In this document: positions 19,212-29,495 of the stretch, in pieces
Numbering within the stretch: position 1 is the stretch's first letter
Layout of the letters: every line of letters starts with the position of its first letter
From: a candidate division FCPU426 bacterium
Lineage (GTDB): Bacteria > Oederibacteriota > Muellerivitia > Muellerivitales > Muellerivitaceae
Direction: 5' to 3'
Length of the DNA: 64,000 bases
NCBI GenBank assembly: GCA_963796105.1
Contig: CAWCKJ010000014.1
Location: 1 to 64,000 of the forward strand
Program-made: the position numbers and the translations under genes
The notes under the pieces: model-generated
What the model was told of the DNA's origin: nothing
Databases searched by the model: none
Seen by the model: the letters and a program-made list of their open reading frames with translations, nothing else

Positions 19212-21098
19212 ATGAAGCGGTTAAAGGGCTTTTTCTTATTCATTGCCGTTTTTCTGCTTGCCCGGTCCCAGGCGAGGGCCGGGCTCTTGGGTGACGATCC
19301 TAGTGCCGTCACCACCGGCTTGTGGAATTTCGTAACAACACACGCATGGCATTTAATCTGTTCTTTTTTCAGGTGGGGAGCGGATTTTTTCGTCCAAGCC
19401 CTTTTTAAGGTCTACGGCTGGCTTGGCACGAGGCTTTTATACATCCCCGACTTTGCCGATCCCCAAACCTATTCAGGAGCACCCGGGGCCTCCTCCATGG
19501 TTTTTAACGTCATGCACATCATGGAGTGGATAGGTTTTATCCTTTTAGCGGTCATGTTCATGTTTTACATGGGCCGCCTTGCCTTGGGGCTTACGGGCCA
19601 GTCTTTTACCGTTTTGACTTTGGCCAGGCTTATCGGCCCTGTCCTTTTATTGTTCTCTTGGCCGACTATCGTTTCCGAATCAGCCAAGATTTCCACGAAC
19701 CTAGCTTTCTACCTTTACCACCAGAACCTTTTCAACACCCAGAACGTCCTGGACGGCCTCAACAACCTGGACGCCACCCAGCCACTTGGGGGCGGATCGG
19801 TCGGCCAGGCCCATAAGGCGTCGCTGATTTACGAAGTGAACCTTTTGAAATATTTCGCCTATTCAATTGCGACTTTTTTGGGTGTCGTGGGGTTGATCTA
19901 CGGGTGGTCGAGGATAAAAGAGGGTAAAAACGGCGGCTTTGGAATTTTGGCCACCGCCATGGCTTGCTTGATGATGATTTTTTTCACCCCTAACCTCATC
20001 TCCTATTTCTCCAACACCGCCCAGCTTCAAAACTTGGGGACCGGCCAAAACTCAGATGTCATACCGGGCGGGACGGGTTCCAGCCAGAATTTCCCCACGG
20101 CTAATTTTGTCCCCAACCAGGGAAATTTTGTTTTACCGGGGGAACAGACTCCCTCCCAACTGGCAATCGCCGTCCCTAATACCGGCAGCAATCCTCAACC
20201 CGGCCCGACTTCCACATCCCAATACGATCCCCAGGACACATTCCAAAACATCATTAGCTCGGTGGTTAAGTGTTGCGTCGCTTTATGGGGCATCTTTATT
20301 TGTATCGGGGTTTTGGTCGCGAAAGGTTATCAAGTCTTTTCTGTTTTCATCCTTTTTCTCTTGGGTTTCCCCCTGATCGGCCTTTTAGGCCACCCCTCGA
20401 CGGAGAACATCACCCTGGGCGGCCTGAAACTTTTCCTGAAGTTGCATCTTTACGGCCCCATTTGGGGCCTGGCTTTGCTGGCCATGAATTGCGTTATTTT
20501 CGCGCGGTGGGGGACGGAGGGTGGAGCCGGTACCGGATCTATCATGACGGCCTTCCTGATCCTGGCCGGGCTTTCCATCATCCAAAACACCCAGGATTTC
20601 GCGGGTATTTTCTCGAGTTTTAATTGGGGATCAGGCGGGAGCGCCCACGGCTTTATGAGGGACGCCATGGCGGGGGTGAGGACCGGAGCGGGTATGGCAG
20701 CCGTTTCGTCGGGAATTATCACCCAAAAAGGAGCCGGTTTCGCGGGAGGCGCAATGGTCGGAGCGGCCGCGGGTGTTGTCGGTTTAGCGGGTGGACCCGG
20801 TGCCGTAATGGCTTTGGCAAAGGCCGGTTATTCCTTTGGTTCCAAGGCGGGGGAGCATTCCACGAAATCCATCAACGCCGTTTCAAATAATTTAGCCGGG
20901 CGGCACAGGCAAGGTTTGGGCCCCTACATCCAAAACGTCTTTCCAAGCGGGGAAGGTTCAAAAGGCAAAAGTGGTTATTCCCCGAGCAAAGCCTTTGCCG
21001 CCGTCCGGTCGGCGAATTCATCCTATAAAGGTTCCAAGAGCCCCTACGACATCAAGGGAAGCAATGTAAAAGGAGGCGGCAGTGGGACGACCGCTTGA
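19212..21098 (+). CDS. VirB6/TrbL-like polytopic membrane protein
   Basis: Multiple TM segments and a Gly/Ala-rich C-terminal tail; T4SS context. Confidence 0.65.
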   Translation: MKRLKGFFLFIAVFLLARSQARAGLLGDDPSAVTTGLWNFVTTHAWHLICSFFRWGADFFVQALFKVYGWLGTRLLYIPDFADPQTYSGAPGASSMVFNVMHIMEWIGFILLAVMFMFYMGRLALGLTGQSFTVLTLARLIGPVLLLFSWPTIVSESAKISTNLAFYLYHQNLFNTQNVLDGLNNLDATQPLGGGSVGQAHKASLIYEVNLLKYFAYSIATFLGVVGLIYGWSRIKEGKNGGFGILATAMACLMMIFFTPNLISYFSNTAQLQNLGTGQNSDVIPGGTGSSQNFPTANFVPNQGNFVLPGEQTPSQLAIAVPNTGSNPQPGPTSTSQYDPQDTFQNIISSVVKCCVALWGIFICIGVLVAKGYQVFSVFILFLLGFPLIGLLGHPSTENITLGGLKLFLKLHLYGPIWGLALLAMNCVIFARWGTEGGAGTGSIMTAFLILAGLSIIQNTQDFAGIFSSFNWGSGGSAHGFMRDAMAGVRTGAGMAAVSSGIITQKGAGFAGGAMVGAAAGVVGLAGGPGAVMALAKAGYSFGSKAGEHSTKSINAVSNNLAGRHRQGLGPYIQNVFPSGEGSKGKSGYSPSKAFAAVRSANSSYKGSKSPYDIKGSNVKGGGSGTTA

Positions 21099-21366
21099 CG
21101 AACCATCCAAAGTCCTTGGTTTTATTCCTTTCAGCGACGCCATTTTCCTGGCGGCTTTTCTTTTCCTGGACGGCCTTTTTTTCATTGCCACAAGCAAAAA
21201 AATGCCCTTCCTGCCTTCCATCGGTTTAACGGTCCTAATTTTTTTGTCGGCTTTAATCGCCGTGTTCCTGAAGAATATTTTCCCGAAGGGCTTTTTCAGG
21301 GGAATGCTTCGTTTTTACACCACCCCCCGCCTGAAGATACCAGGCCGGGAAAAGGCGGAGTTCTAA
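21082..21366 (+). CDS. VirB3/TraL-like small membrane protein
   Basis: LDEP..VLG motif, two TMs, immediately before virB4. Confidence 0.55.
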   Translation: MGRPLDEPSKVLGFIPFSDAIFLAAFLFLDGLFFIATSKKMPFLPSIGLTVLIFLSALIAVFLKNIFPKGFFRGMLRFYTTPRLKIPGREKAEF

Positions 21367-21367
21367 T

Positions 21368-23941
21368 ATGGCCACCCAAACTATCGGCGTACCAGCCGAA
21401 AGCCTTAACCTTGCCCGGGTGGGCGAGGGTTATATCGAGCTCCGGAACCGCAGGTTTGCCGCCGTTTACCAGGTCACGGGCGGGGTAAACCCCCAGACGG
21501 AGGACCAGAACTCGGTTTTGGCCAAGATTTCAGCCTTTGAGAACGCCATCCGGCAACTCAGGCCAAATGAGGAAATCCAAATCATTTTGCGCCGTGTCCC
21601 GGCGGACGATATGGTCCTGATAGACAATTTCAAATCCACCTGCCGTCCGGAGGCGGCGGAAGGCTTTCAAAATAACTTTGTCCAATACTACGAGGGTTTT
21701 ATCTCTGATTTCGTCAAGAACAGGCGTCTTTGCGACTACGAGGTTTTTCTCTTATTCAGCATCGATTTCAACCTAAAGCCCCTTACGGAATCAGCCGTAA
21801 ATTTATTTTCAAGGTTCTTGGGTGGTAATAATTCCAAGCCGGATTCAACGGACGAACTTGTCAAACAATTGGAGGAAGTAAGTAGAAGGGCCAAGGCCTG
21901 GGTCAACGTCCTGGGCGTCTCAGGCGTGACCGCCCGGGAACTCAAAGAAGAGGAAATTTACCGGTTTCTATATTCGGAAATTAACCTTTTGAACTTTAAG
22001 GGAGACACGTCCGGATTCAAGAACGCCGCGCCGGTGGCGGGCGGGCCCGGAAGCATGGAAACGCTCAGGGAAGCCCTTTGCGTACAGCCGATACTTTCAA
22101 CGCCTTCATCGTTGAAAATCGGGGAACGCCTAGTCCGGACCATGACGATCACCAATTTTCCCAACGTTCAAAACCTTACCCATTTCCTCTCTCAATTCCT
22201 TCAACAAAACGAGGATTTCAAGGTTACGGTATTTATCCGTGGCCTGGACCAGGAACTGGGGAAGTCGATCATCAGGGGCCAAATGCGCATCGACCAGGCC
22301 ACCAGCGACGAGGGCAGCACCCCCAACTATGAGGCACACGCCAATATGGGGAATAGAAGCACGGTTTTGGCCGCCATCGCCCAAAGGGAAACGGGCTTGG
22401 CCCGGATTTCGATGTTCATCTCCGTTTACGGGGATAACGAGAAGGATTTAAAGAACAATTACGAGAATTTCTACTCCCGGTTTGAGGGGATCCACCGTTA
22501 CGACGGTTATTACCAGCAGGAGGATCTTTTCTTTTCCTCCCTCCCCTTGTGTTCCAACATTACCAGGGACCGGGTCGAGCGCCTGCAGACGACCGTGGAT
22601 ATCGCCAATTGCTGGCCGTTTTTCATTGATAGCCTTACTTTCGACAAGGGCGTCCTGGTGGGCCATACGGCGGGGAACCAGCCCCTCATGCTAAATCCCT
22701 GGTCGAGTGTGGTTGAGAATTACAACATCGGCATTTTCGGCTCACCCGGAAGCGGGAAAAGTTTCGGCACCCAGCTCATCCTCACCCGGCTCATGCCGCG
22801 CGCTCCGGAAGTAATGGTGATCGACCGGTCCGGCTGTTATAAGACGCTTTGCGATGTTGCCGGCGGGGAATACATCTACTTCGACCTGAAATGCGACAAG
22901 CACATTAACGCCTTCGACTGCCCCGAGGAAAGCTACGTCAAAAGAGGTGTCGTCTCGGAGGACCAGGAGGAAACGGTCCTGGGTTACCTCACGACCCTTT
23001 TGACCGAAACGGGGGAGAAGGCCTTAAAGAACGCTGAGACGGCCGTTCTCCTGGAAGCCATCAAAAAGACCTACAAGACCAAATACGACGAAACGAAAGG
23101 TAAAGAAGGCGGGCCGCATTTCCCCCTGCTAAGGGATTTCCGTAAAGTCATATCGGAAATGTCAAAGGATAAGAACCGTTCAGAATCGGCGCGTGAATTA
23201 TCGTCCGCTTTCGCGGACATCCTTTCGCAGTTCGTCGAGGACGGCACCTACGCCAACATCACTGACCGGGAAACAAACATCGACCGCAACAGCAAGTTCA
23301 TCGTTTTCGACACTTCCCTTGGAGCCAAGCGCGAGAAGATCAAGGCTTTGGTTACCTACATCACCTCCACCTATTGTTTCGCCCGGGCCAGGCTTTGCCA
23401 AAAGGAAGGTAAATTCCCCATCATCGTCATAGACGAGTTTTGGGATCTGCTTTCCTTCCCGGCCGGGCAGGATTTCGCGGACATTCTTTCAAGGACTTCC
23501 CGCCATTTGTCCCTTTGCACCATCTACGCCACCCAAAAAATAGCCGATTGCATGGCCACCGAGAAGGCTAAAACGGCCCTCGACAACGCCGCCACGAAGA
23601 TTTTCATGAAGCTAGGGGACGCCGACCGGGCCTTATGCGTGAAAGCCTTCGAATTGGGGGACAAAGAAGCCGCGATTATCTCGGATCTCTTCATGCTCAA
23701 GGGCGTCCACAGCAAGTGTTTCATCAAGAGCACCGCCCGGCAGGGTTTGGCCTTCATCTGCCCGGATCCCGTCTCCTATTGGATCTCCACATCCCACCCC
23801 CTGGACAAGCCCAGGCGGGAAAAATACATGAACCATTTCAACCCCGACAGCAACGTCGAGGGGACTTGGAGGGCCATCTACCATCTGGTGGAGGACGAAT
23901 TCTTGAACCGCGATCCTGAATTTTTAAGGAGCAGACCATGA
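21368..23941 (+). CDS. virB4: VirB4-family T4SS ATPase
   Basis: Walker A GSPGSGKS, VID, Walker B IVIDEFW, ATQ; 857 aa. Confidence 0.9.
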   Translation: MATQTIGVPAESLNLARVGEGYIELRNRRFAAVYQVTGGVNPQTEDQNSVLAKISAFENAIRQLRPNEEIQIILRRVPADDMVLIDNFKSTCRPEAAEGFQNNFVQYYEGFISDFVKNRRLCDYEVFLLFSIDFNLKPLTESAVNLFSRFLGGNNSKPDSTDELVKQLEEVSRRAKAWVNVLGVSGVTARELKEEEIYRFLYSEINLLNFKGDTSGFKNAAPVAGGPGSMETLREALCVQPILSTPSSLKIGERLVRTMTITNFPNVQNLTHFLSQFLQQNEDFKVTVFIRGLDQELGKSIIRGQMRIDQATSDEGSTPNYEAHANMGNRSTVLAAIAQRETGLARISMFISVYGDNEKDLKNNYENFYSRFEGIHRYDGYYQQEDLFFSSLPLCSNITRDRVERLQTTVDIANCWPFFIDSLTFDKGVLVGHTAGNQPLMLNPWSSVVENYNIGIFGSPGSGKSFGTQLILTRLMPRAPEVMVIDRSGCYKTLCDVAGGEYIYFDLKCDKHINAFDCPEESYVKRGVVSEDQEETVLGYLTTLLTETGEKALKNAETAVLLEAIKKTYKTKYDETKGKEGGPHFPLLRDFRKVISEMSKDKNRSESARELSSAFADILSQFVEDGTYANITDRETNIDRNSKFIVFDTSLGAKREKIKALVTYITSTYCFARARLCQKEGKFPIIVIDEFWDLLSFPAGQDFADILSRTSRHLSLCTIYATQKIADCMATEKAKTALDNAATKIFMKLGDADRALCVKAFELGDKEAAIISDLFMLKGVHSKCFIKSTARQGLAFICPDPVSYWISTSHPLDKPRREKYMNHFNPDSNVEGTWRAIYHLVEDEFLNRDPEFLRSRP

Positions 23942-24498
23942 AACTTGGAAGAGTCGAAAAGAACGAGTCATCCGGGATAAATAAATACCTGATCGGCGGT
24001 GTGGCCCTGGTGATCCTTGTGGGGTTTGCTTTGTTTTCGCATCGAGGCGCTTTGAAACTGAGTTTTCCCGATTTCTCCTCCTCTAGTTCGTCGGGGGCGA
24101 TCCCGGCCGACCAGGTCCACGAATACCAGGAATTCGCCCAAAAAGTCGCCATTTCCATCTGCAACATCGGTTTTCACAACGTCCAGACCTACTTGGCGGA
24201 TAACAGCAAGTATTTCGCCCAGGACGTCTTATACGACTTCCAAAACAACTTTTTCACGATGGACTTGCAGCGCCAAATCACGGACCAGAAGCTTTATTGC
24301 ACGGCTCAGAACATAGTCGCCGCCCAATGCAAGGTCCACGATAACCAGGTTGCATCCTGGCTTACCGGCGATATGGAATACACCTCACAGTTGAACAACT
24401 CTTCCATTCACATCCCTTTTTCTTTCAGGCTTATCGTCCAAAAATTCACGGAAGGTTTTAAGATCGTGGGGTTTTACATGGCCACGGACCAAAAATGA
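23938..24498 (+). CDS. VirB8-like bitopic protein (NTF2-like)
   Basis: Single N-terminal TM then an alpha/beta domain ending EGFKIVGF; coupled to virB4. Confidence 0.5.
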   Translation: MKLGRVEKNESSGINKYLIGGVALVILVGFALFSHRGALKLSFPDFSSSSSSGAIPADQVHEYQEFAQKVAISICNIGFHNVQTYLADNSKYFAQDVLYDFQNNFFTMDLQRQITDQKLYCTAQNIVAAQCKVHDNQVASWLTGDMEYTSQLNNSSIHIPFSFRLIVQKFTEGFKIVGFYMATDQK

Positions 24499-25988
24499 AT
24501 AATGACCAGGTTCACGAGATAAACCCCGAGCGGGCGCGTAATTGCCTTGTCCAGGCCAACTTCCTGAAGGAGGAAGGGAAGCTTAACGAGGCTTTGGAGC
24601 TTTGCGACCAGGTCATCAACAAATTCGAGCCCACCAACATCAAAGCTTACCTATTGGCGGCCGGGATATTCTCGGATAACGGGGCTCCGGAAAAAGCCTT
24701 GGAGGTCGCCAAAGCCTTCAAGATTCCCGTCAAGGCCAAGCTCAATGAATACACCCAGGAGGAAATCAAGCTTTCAATGTTCCTGGCAACCGCTCATTTC
24801 CAGTTGAAGCAATTCCCGGATTGCATCCAGACGATAAAAAGAATCCTCGAAATGGACCACGGCTACCTGGACGCGGTGGAGCTTGAGGCCGACATTAAAT
24901 TGGAAAAGGGGCAGTTTGCCGAGGCCATAAAAGCATACAGAAGCTTGTTGAACCGTGGCCACAACACGAACAACATGTATTTTTCCCTGGGGGCGGCCTA
25001 TTTGAAAATGTCCGAATACCCCCAGGCTTACTATTACTTGAACCTTCTGAAGAAGGCCGGGCTGTCCGACCCGGCTTTGGAGAGACTGTTCAAGAAGGCC
25101 CGGAACCATGTCACCGAAATAGTCATCCGCACCGATAAAAGCATGAATTTTTTCGAGAAGTTCCTGCTCAGGATCATCCCTTTTTGGGCCGTGGACCGCA
25201 TCAACACCTACGTTAATACCGTCATTTCAGAGCAAAAAACGGCGGAAGCCTTATACACGGACCCCATGACGGGCCTTTACTCAAAAACCGCCGTTGACGT
25301 TTACTTGCCCAATTTCCACGCCAAAACGGTATCACCGAAATTATTTTTCATTTGCCGCCTGGACATAGACTTTTTCAAGAGCATTAACGACTGCTTGGGC
25401 CACGAAATAGGCGACAGGGTCATCGTGGCTTTCGGGAAAATGCTGAAGGAGCATTTCCCCAACAGGGCTTTCCGCGTGGGCGGGGACGAGTTCCTATGGG
25501 CCTTCGAGGGGACCGAAGCCGAGGCCTTGGAAAAAGGGAAGCGTTTCAGGGAAGCGGTTGAAAAGAATATCCGTACTGTTTTGAACCAGGAATTGGCCGC
25601 ATCGCCCATCCGGGACGCCATCTCGACCGAGCCTATTTTCATACAGTGGAATATAACCTGCTCCCAGGGAATCGCCGAATGGTCGGCATCCAAGACCTAC
25701 CTCGACGCCGAAAGGGAAGCGGATACCAACCAGTACCAGTCCAAGCTTCCGACGGTCGGCAAAAACGCCGTTTTTTATAAGATGAAATTGGTGGATAAGG
25801 GCGAAAGGCCCGTCGGTTATACCGTCACGCTTCTTAACCATCTAACCACCGCGTCAAAGGCCAAAAATTACAAGACATGGTGGGAATTGAAGAATTCGTT
25901 GCCGGTAGCGGAGATTAATTCAATCCTTGAAACAGCGACGAAGAAAGCGGACGCGGATAAGCAGAAGGAATTAACCGCTATTAAATAG
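24495..25988 (+). CDS. TPR-repeat diguanylate cyclase (GGDEF)
   Basis: TPR helices; DPMTGL, DIDFFKSIND.LGHEIGD and RVGGDEF motifs. Confidence 0.9.
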   Translation: MNNDQVHEINPERARNCLVQANFLKEEGKLNEALELCDQVINKFEPTNIKAYLLAAGIFSDNGAPEKALEVAKAFKIPVKAKLNEYTQEEIKLSMFLATAHFQLKQFPDCIQTIKRILEMDHGYLDAVELEADIKLEKGQFAEAIKAYRSLLNRGHNTNNMYFSLGAAYLKMSEYPQAYYYLNLLKKAGLSDPALERLFKKARNHVTEIVIRTDKSMNFFEKFLLRIIPFWAVDRINTYVNTVISEQKTAEALYTDPMTGLYSKTAVDVYLPNFHAKTVSPKLFFICRLDIDFFKSINDCLGHEIGDRVIVAFGKMLKEHFPNRAFRVGGDEFLWAFEGTEAEALEKGKRFREAVEKNIRTVLNQELAASPIRDAISTEPIFIQWNITCSQGIAEWSASKTYLDAEREADTNQYQSKLPTVGKNAVFYKMKLVDKGERPVGYTVTLLNHLTTASKAKNYKTWWELKNSLPVAEINSILETATKKADADKQKELTAIK

Positions 25989-26117
25989 AGGCCGCTGAAA
26001 AACTAAAAACAGAGCTACCAAGCGGCCTCTGACCCCTAAGATTCCGCAAGAATCGTGGGGTTACCACAAATGTCGGTAGCTGAAAAAGTCTGAATTAGAA
26101 ACTTTTTCAGCAAGCTC
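25988..26117. mobile_element. MITE-like element, copy 2
   Basis: TIR GAGGCCGCTGAAAAA/TTTTTCAGCAAGCTC; internal similarity to 18755-18850. Confidence 0.6.
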
Positions 26118-26140
26118 TTAAAAATTATGGGAGGTATTTC

Positions 26141-26428
26141 ATGCCTATTAAGATTCAACGGTTAAAGATTTTGAACCAGAAGAACAAGAAGGCGGAATTC
26201 ACGGTCGTTTTTTCTGAGGGGAAAAAAGAGGCCACTTTAATAAAGTTGGTGGCCGTCTCGGGATCCAAAGGGATATTTGTCAAGCCCTACGGTAAAAGCA
26301 TTAAAACCGACCAAGTTAAGGACGGGAAGCCTGTTTGGAAGGAGATACCCTACTATTACTTTAACAAACCCTTGAAAGACGAAATCGAGAAGCTGGTTAT
26401 CCCTGAAATCGCCAAGGTGGATAAATGA
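26141..26428 (+). CDS. SpoVG-like protein
   Basis: KAEFTV...VSGSKGIFV...YYFNK.LKDEI; similar to 63451-63861. Confidence 0.55.
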   Translation: MPIKIQRLKILNQKNKKAEFTVVFSEGKKEATLIKLVAVSGSKGIFVKPYGKSIKTDQVKDGKPVWKEIPYYYFNKPLKDEIEKLVIPEIAKVDK

Positions 26429-26892
26429 AACTACCTAAAAACTATCGTCCCTCAAACGGGTGGTTTGAGGATTTTTTGAAAAATAACCCGGTTGGTAAGT
26501 TTCTTTATTTTGTACTTAATTTTTTGAGTGCCGCAATCCACCCTTGGTTGTCTTTCAGGAGCATCTCCATCGGTTTAGTCTTAGGGTATTTTTGCGGGGC
26601 TATTATGGTTATGGTTGGCAATAAACCTGCCCATTATTTTAATGATGGCTTCCTTTGGAATTTGCCTTTTATGCTGGGTTTTATTTCCGTCGTTCTTGTT
26701 TTGGGAAGCCTTAAAACTCTTTCTTTTTACAAGGACAACCCGCTTGTATCCAAAAATTGGAAACAACAAATTATCTTTGGTTGTTTGTTGATGGTTATTT
26801 CCTTTGGCTTGCGTTTTTACCTTACTGGATTCCGTCAGGATATAAACAAAAATTGCATGGAAGTTAAAAATTCGTTCATCCCTGAAAAATAG
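26425..26892 (+). CDS. hypothetical membrane protein
   Basis: Several TM segments; ATGA-coupled to the previous gene. Confidence 0.65.
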   Translation: MKLPKNYRPSNGWFEDFLKNNPVGKFLYFVLNFLSAAIHPWLSFRSISIGLVLGYFCGAIMVMVGNKPAHYFNDGFLWNLPFMLGFISVVLVLGSLKTLSFYKDNPLVSKNWKQQIIFGCLLMVISFGLRFYLTGFRQDINKNCMEVKNSFIPEK

Positions 26893-27018
26893 GGCCTATC
26901 CGGAAGGGGATCCTCGACGTGGCCCAGGGCGGCCGCCAGGCGGTCCACCGCCCGGTCTGCAGGGCCTTATTCCTCGAACGTGCAGGCATGGCCGCCAGCC
27001 GGTGAAAAGGAGCTTTTT

Positions 27019-27234
27019 ATGGACATTTCTGAAATTTCAATTGAAGAAAAAGAACAACAGCTTCTTCAATCCCATCATAATGAACCGAAGAACCTTTTCT
27101 TTATTAACGAATTGATTTATTTCTATTCACTCACCAAACCAGACAAAATAAAAGTCGATAATTATGAGAAATTGTTCAGGGCGGTTATGAATGACTCGGA
27201 GAAAATAAATCATGGAAGAAACGACGGAAATTAA
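27019..27234 (+). CDS. hypothetical protein
   Basis: AAGGAG RBS; overlaps the ACP gene. Confidence 0.5.
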   Translation: MDISEISIEEKEQQLLQSHHNEPKNLFFINELIYFYSLTKPDKIKVDNYEKLFRAVMNDSEKINHGRNDGN

Positions 27235-27463
27235 GTCAAAAATAAAGAACATTATTGCGGGAATGTTCGACCTTCAGCCGAAGGATATTCAGGATACAAA
27301 ACCTTTTCCGGATATGGCTAAGTACGATTCCATGCGGGCGCTTGAGTTTTTGGCAAAGTTAGAGACTGAATTCAATATCGTAATTGACCCAGACCAGCTT
27401 TTTAATATGACATCCGTAGAGAAGGCTACCGAGGTCGTAGAAAAACTCATCCAAACAAAATGA
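27212..27463 (+). CDS. acyl carrier protein
   Basis: YDSMRALEF..KLE.EF.I.I phosphopantetheine-site motif. Confidence 0.8.
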   Translation: MEETTEIKSKIKNIIAGMFDLQPKDIQDTKPFPDMAKYDSMRALEFLAKLETEFNIVIDPDQLFNMTSVEKATEVVEKLIQTK

Positions 27464-27546
27464 TATTCTTAACATTATTAAGGTAAGAACTTGCGTATCG
27501 ACACCTTCCCTAGTTCCCTGGCGTCCAAACTTGAAGGAGTTATCTT

Positions 27547-28203
27547 ATGGAATTCTATATTTCTCTATCACAAATCAACCGTGATCTTCAGCACATGAAA
27601 CAGGGTTTAGAGAAGTTGGCTTCTAATGCCTTTCGGACCAGCCCTCGGAGCGGTCAGGTCAACCAAGAGGTTCTGGATCAGTGCGCCCAAAAAACTCGAG
27701 AAATCGAGAAATTTTTATCGAATAAGGCGAAATACAGCCGTAATTTCTTGAAACGGGCCTCACTCCCCTTCCAGGTTTTAGAGCTTTCCCACCGCCGAAT
27801 GGTCCTTCTGACCGGAGCTGTGGATATGAGTGGAAGCGTGAATGCCACGGGGGTCGTCCGGCCCCTGTTGGCCCTGGCCCGGCGACACTTCCGCATTCTA
27901 TGGGAAGAGTTGTCCTCAAGGTCGGCCGCGCCCCTCATCCTGGAATTGCCCTTTTGGCCTGGCGCGGAGGACTTGAGCCTTCCCATGTTGCTACGCCGTG
28001 AGGAAGCCTGCCGCCTGGAAACTATTACCCTCATTGACCGGGCGGTGGCGAGTTTCAGCCAGGACCGGGCCCTCATCGGCAAGCTCCTCCTGGTCCGCAA
28101 GGACCTAGTCGACTCCCGGGGCATCCTTAAGCCCATGGCCACGGAGATGAAAATTATAAATTCAAGGCTCGAAATCCTAACCCCCGGCAAGGCCGGGAAC
28201 TAA
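27547..28203 (+). CDS. hypothetical protein
   Basis: 218-aa ORF with AAGGAG RBS. Confidence 0.55.
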   Translation: MEFYISLSQINRDLQHMKQGLEKLASNAFRTSPRSGQVNQEVLDQCAQKTREIEKFLSNKAKYSRNFLKRASLPFQVLELSHRRMVLLTGAVDMSGSVNATGVVRPLLALARRHFRILWEELSSRSAAPLILELPFWPGAEDLSLPMLLRREEACRLETITLIDRAVASFSQDRALIGKLLLVRKDLVDSRGILKPMATEMKIINSRLEILTPGKAGN

Positions 28204-28493
28204 ACAGATATAACTCGGGTCAAAACAGAGATAACCCCGCCGTTGGCCTTTCTTTTAACCTCGTGGCCGTGGCCACAAGGGTGACCAGCTTGTAGGAGCT
28301 TCTTGGACGCGCAAAACGGGCCGGGGAGATCCGGGCATGTATCCTCGACGTGGCCCAGGGCGGTCGCCAGGCGGTCCAACGTCCTTATTATGTAGCCTCT
28401 TCATTGACCCTTTAATTAAGTAATCCTTGGGGGTGGTTGAAGATGAAAGGAAGCGGTATAATTAAAAGATAAATATTCCGACAGAAGTTGCCG

Positions 28494-29495
28494 ATGAAAC
28501 GATACGTCTTTTCATTATTTCTGGTTTTGTTGGTTACGAGCTTGGCCTGTGAGAGAACTGTTCCCCTCAGTCCCTCTACGGCACCTACTCCCACATCAAC
28601 GATTGCCCCTAATGCGGGTCCCGTTACAGATCTAACAGCCGTACCGTCAATTCCCATCACGATGAGTCCGGTTCCACCTGTGGCCGCCACCCCTACAATC
28701 ACCCCGACTGGGATTACAGTTCCACCCCCAACTTTCGTCGCGACGATTCCAATTACGGTCATAACAGCTGTGCCGTCGATACCCATCACGATGAGCCCCG
28801 TTCCACCCGTAATAGCCACCCCTACGATCACCCCGACTGGGATTACCGTTCCTCCCCCGACTATCGTAGCGACGATTCCAATTACGGTCGTGACAGCCGT
28901 ACCGTCAATTCCCATTACGATGAGTCCGGTTCCACCCGTGGCCGCCACCCCTACAATTACGCCGACTTGGATTAACGTTCCTCCCACTACATTTGTACCA
29001 ACGATTCCCGTCACGGTTATAACTATCGTTCCGACAATTCCTGTGACGATTCTGCCCGACACGCCGACTATCACACCCACGCCACTCCCTGGCTGCGGTG
29101 TTTCGCCTGTTTCCATATCATTGGGAAATTATGGTTTGACCGATGCCGGGGTTAACGTTATTCACAACATGACGGAATGGGACAACTTCATCAACAACAC
29201 TTCTGGTTCGATGATATATGTAACTCCTACGGCCACCCCGGCCACGCCCCCGGTGGATTTCAGCACCCAAATGCTGGTGATCGCGGCTGTGACACAGCCA
29301 TGCAACAACACGATCTTGACCATCAACTACGTTTGTGAGAATCCTAACTTGGTGACGATTGGCGTAACTTCTTCGACCTGTAATTCCTGCGCCGAATGCG
29401 CCTTGGCACCGATGGATTCGGTGGTCACTTCCGCAGTAGCGGCCCCCCTCTCCAACCAACCGGTGTCGGTTGTATATACCTATACAACCTATTAA
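28494..29495 (+). CDS. Pro/Thr-rich lipoprotein with three 43-aa repeats
   Basis: Lipobox SLAC; 129-bp tandem units starting at 28635, 28764 and 28893; C-terminal VDFSTQM domain with Cys pairs. Confidence 0.75.
   Translation: MKRYVFSLFLVLLVTSLACERTVPLSPSTAPTPTSTIAPNAGPVTDLTAVPSIPITMSPVPPVAATPTITPTGITVPPPTFVATIPITVITAVPSIPITMSPVPPVIATPTITPTGITVPPPTIVATIPITVVTAVPSIPITMSPVPPVAATPTITPTWINVPPTTFVPTIPVTVITIVPTIPVTILPDTPTITPTPLPGCGVSPVSISLGNYGLTDAGVNVIHNMTEWDNFINNTSGSMIYVTPTATPATPPVDFSTQMLVIAAVTQPCNNTILTINYVCENPNLVTIGVTSSTCNSCAECALAPMDSVVTSAVAAPLSNQPVSVVYTYTTY

Noticed and set aside
28635..29021. 129-bp tandem repeats as a DNA-level array
   Set aside because: Differences are mostly synonymous, so it is a protein repeat
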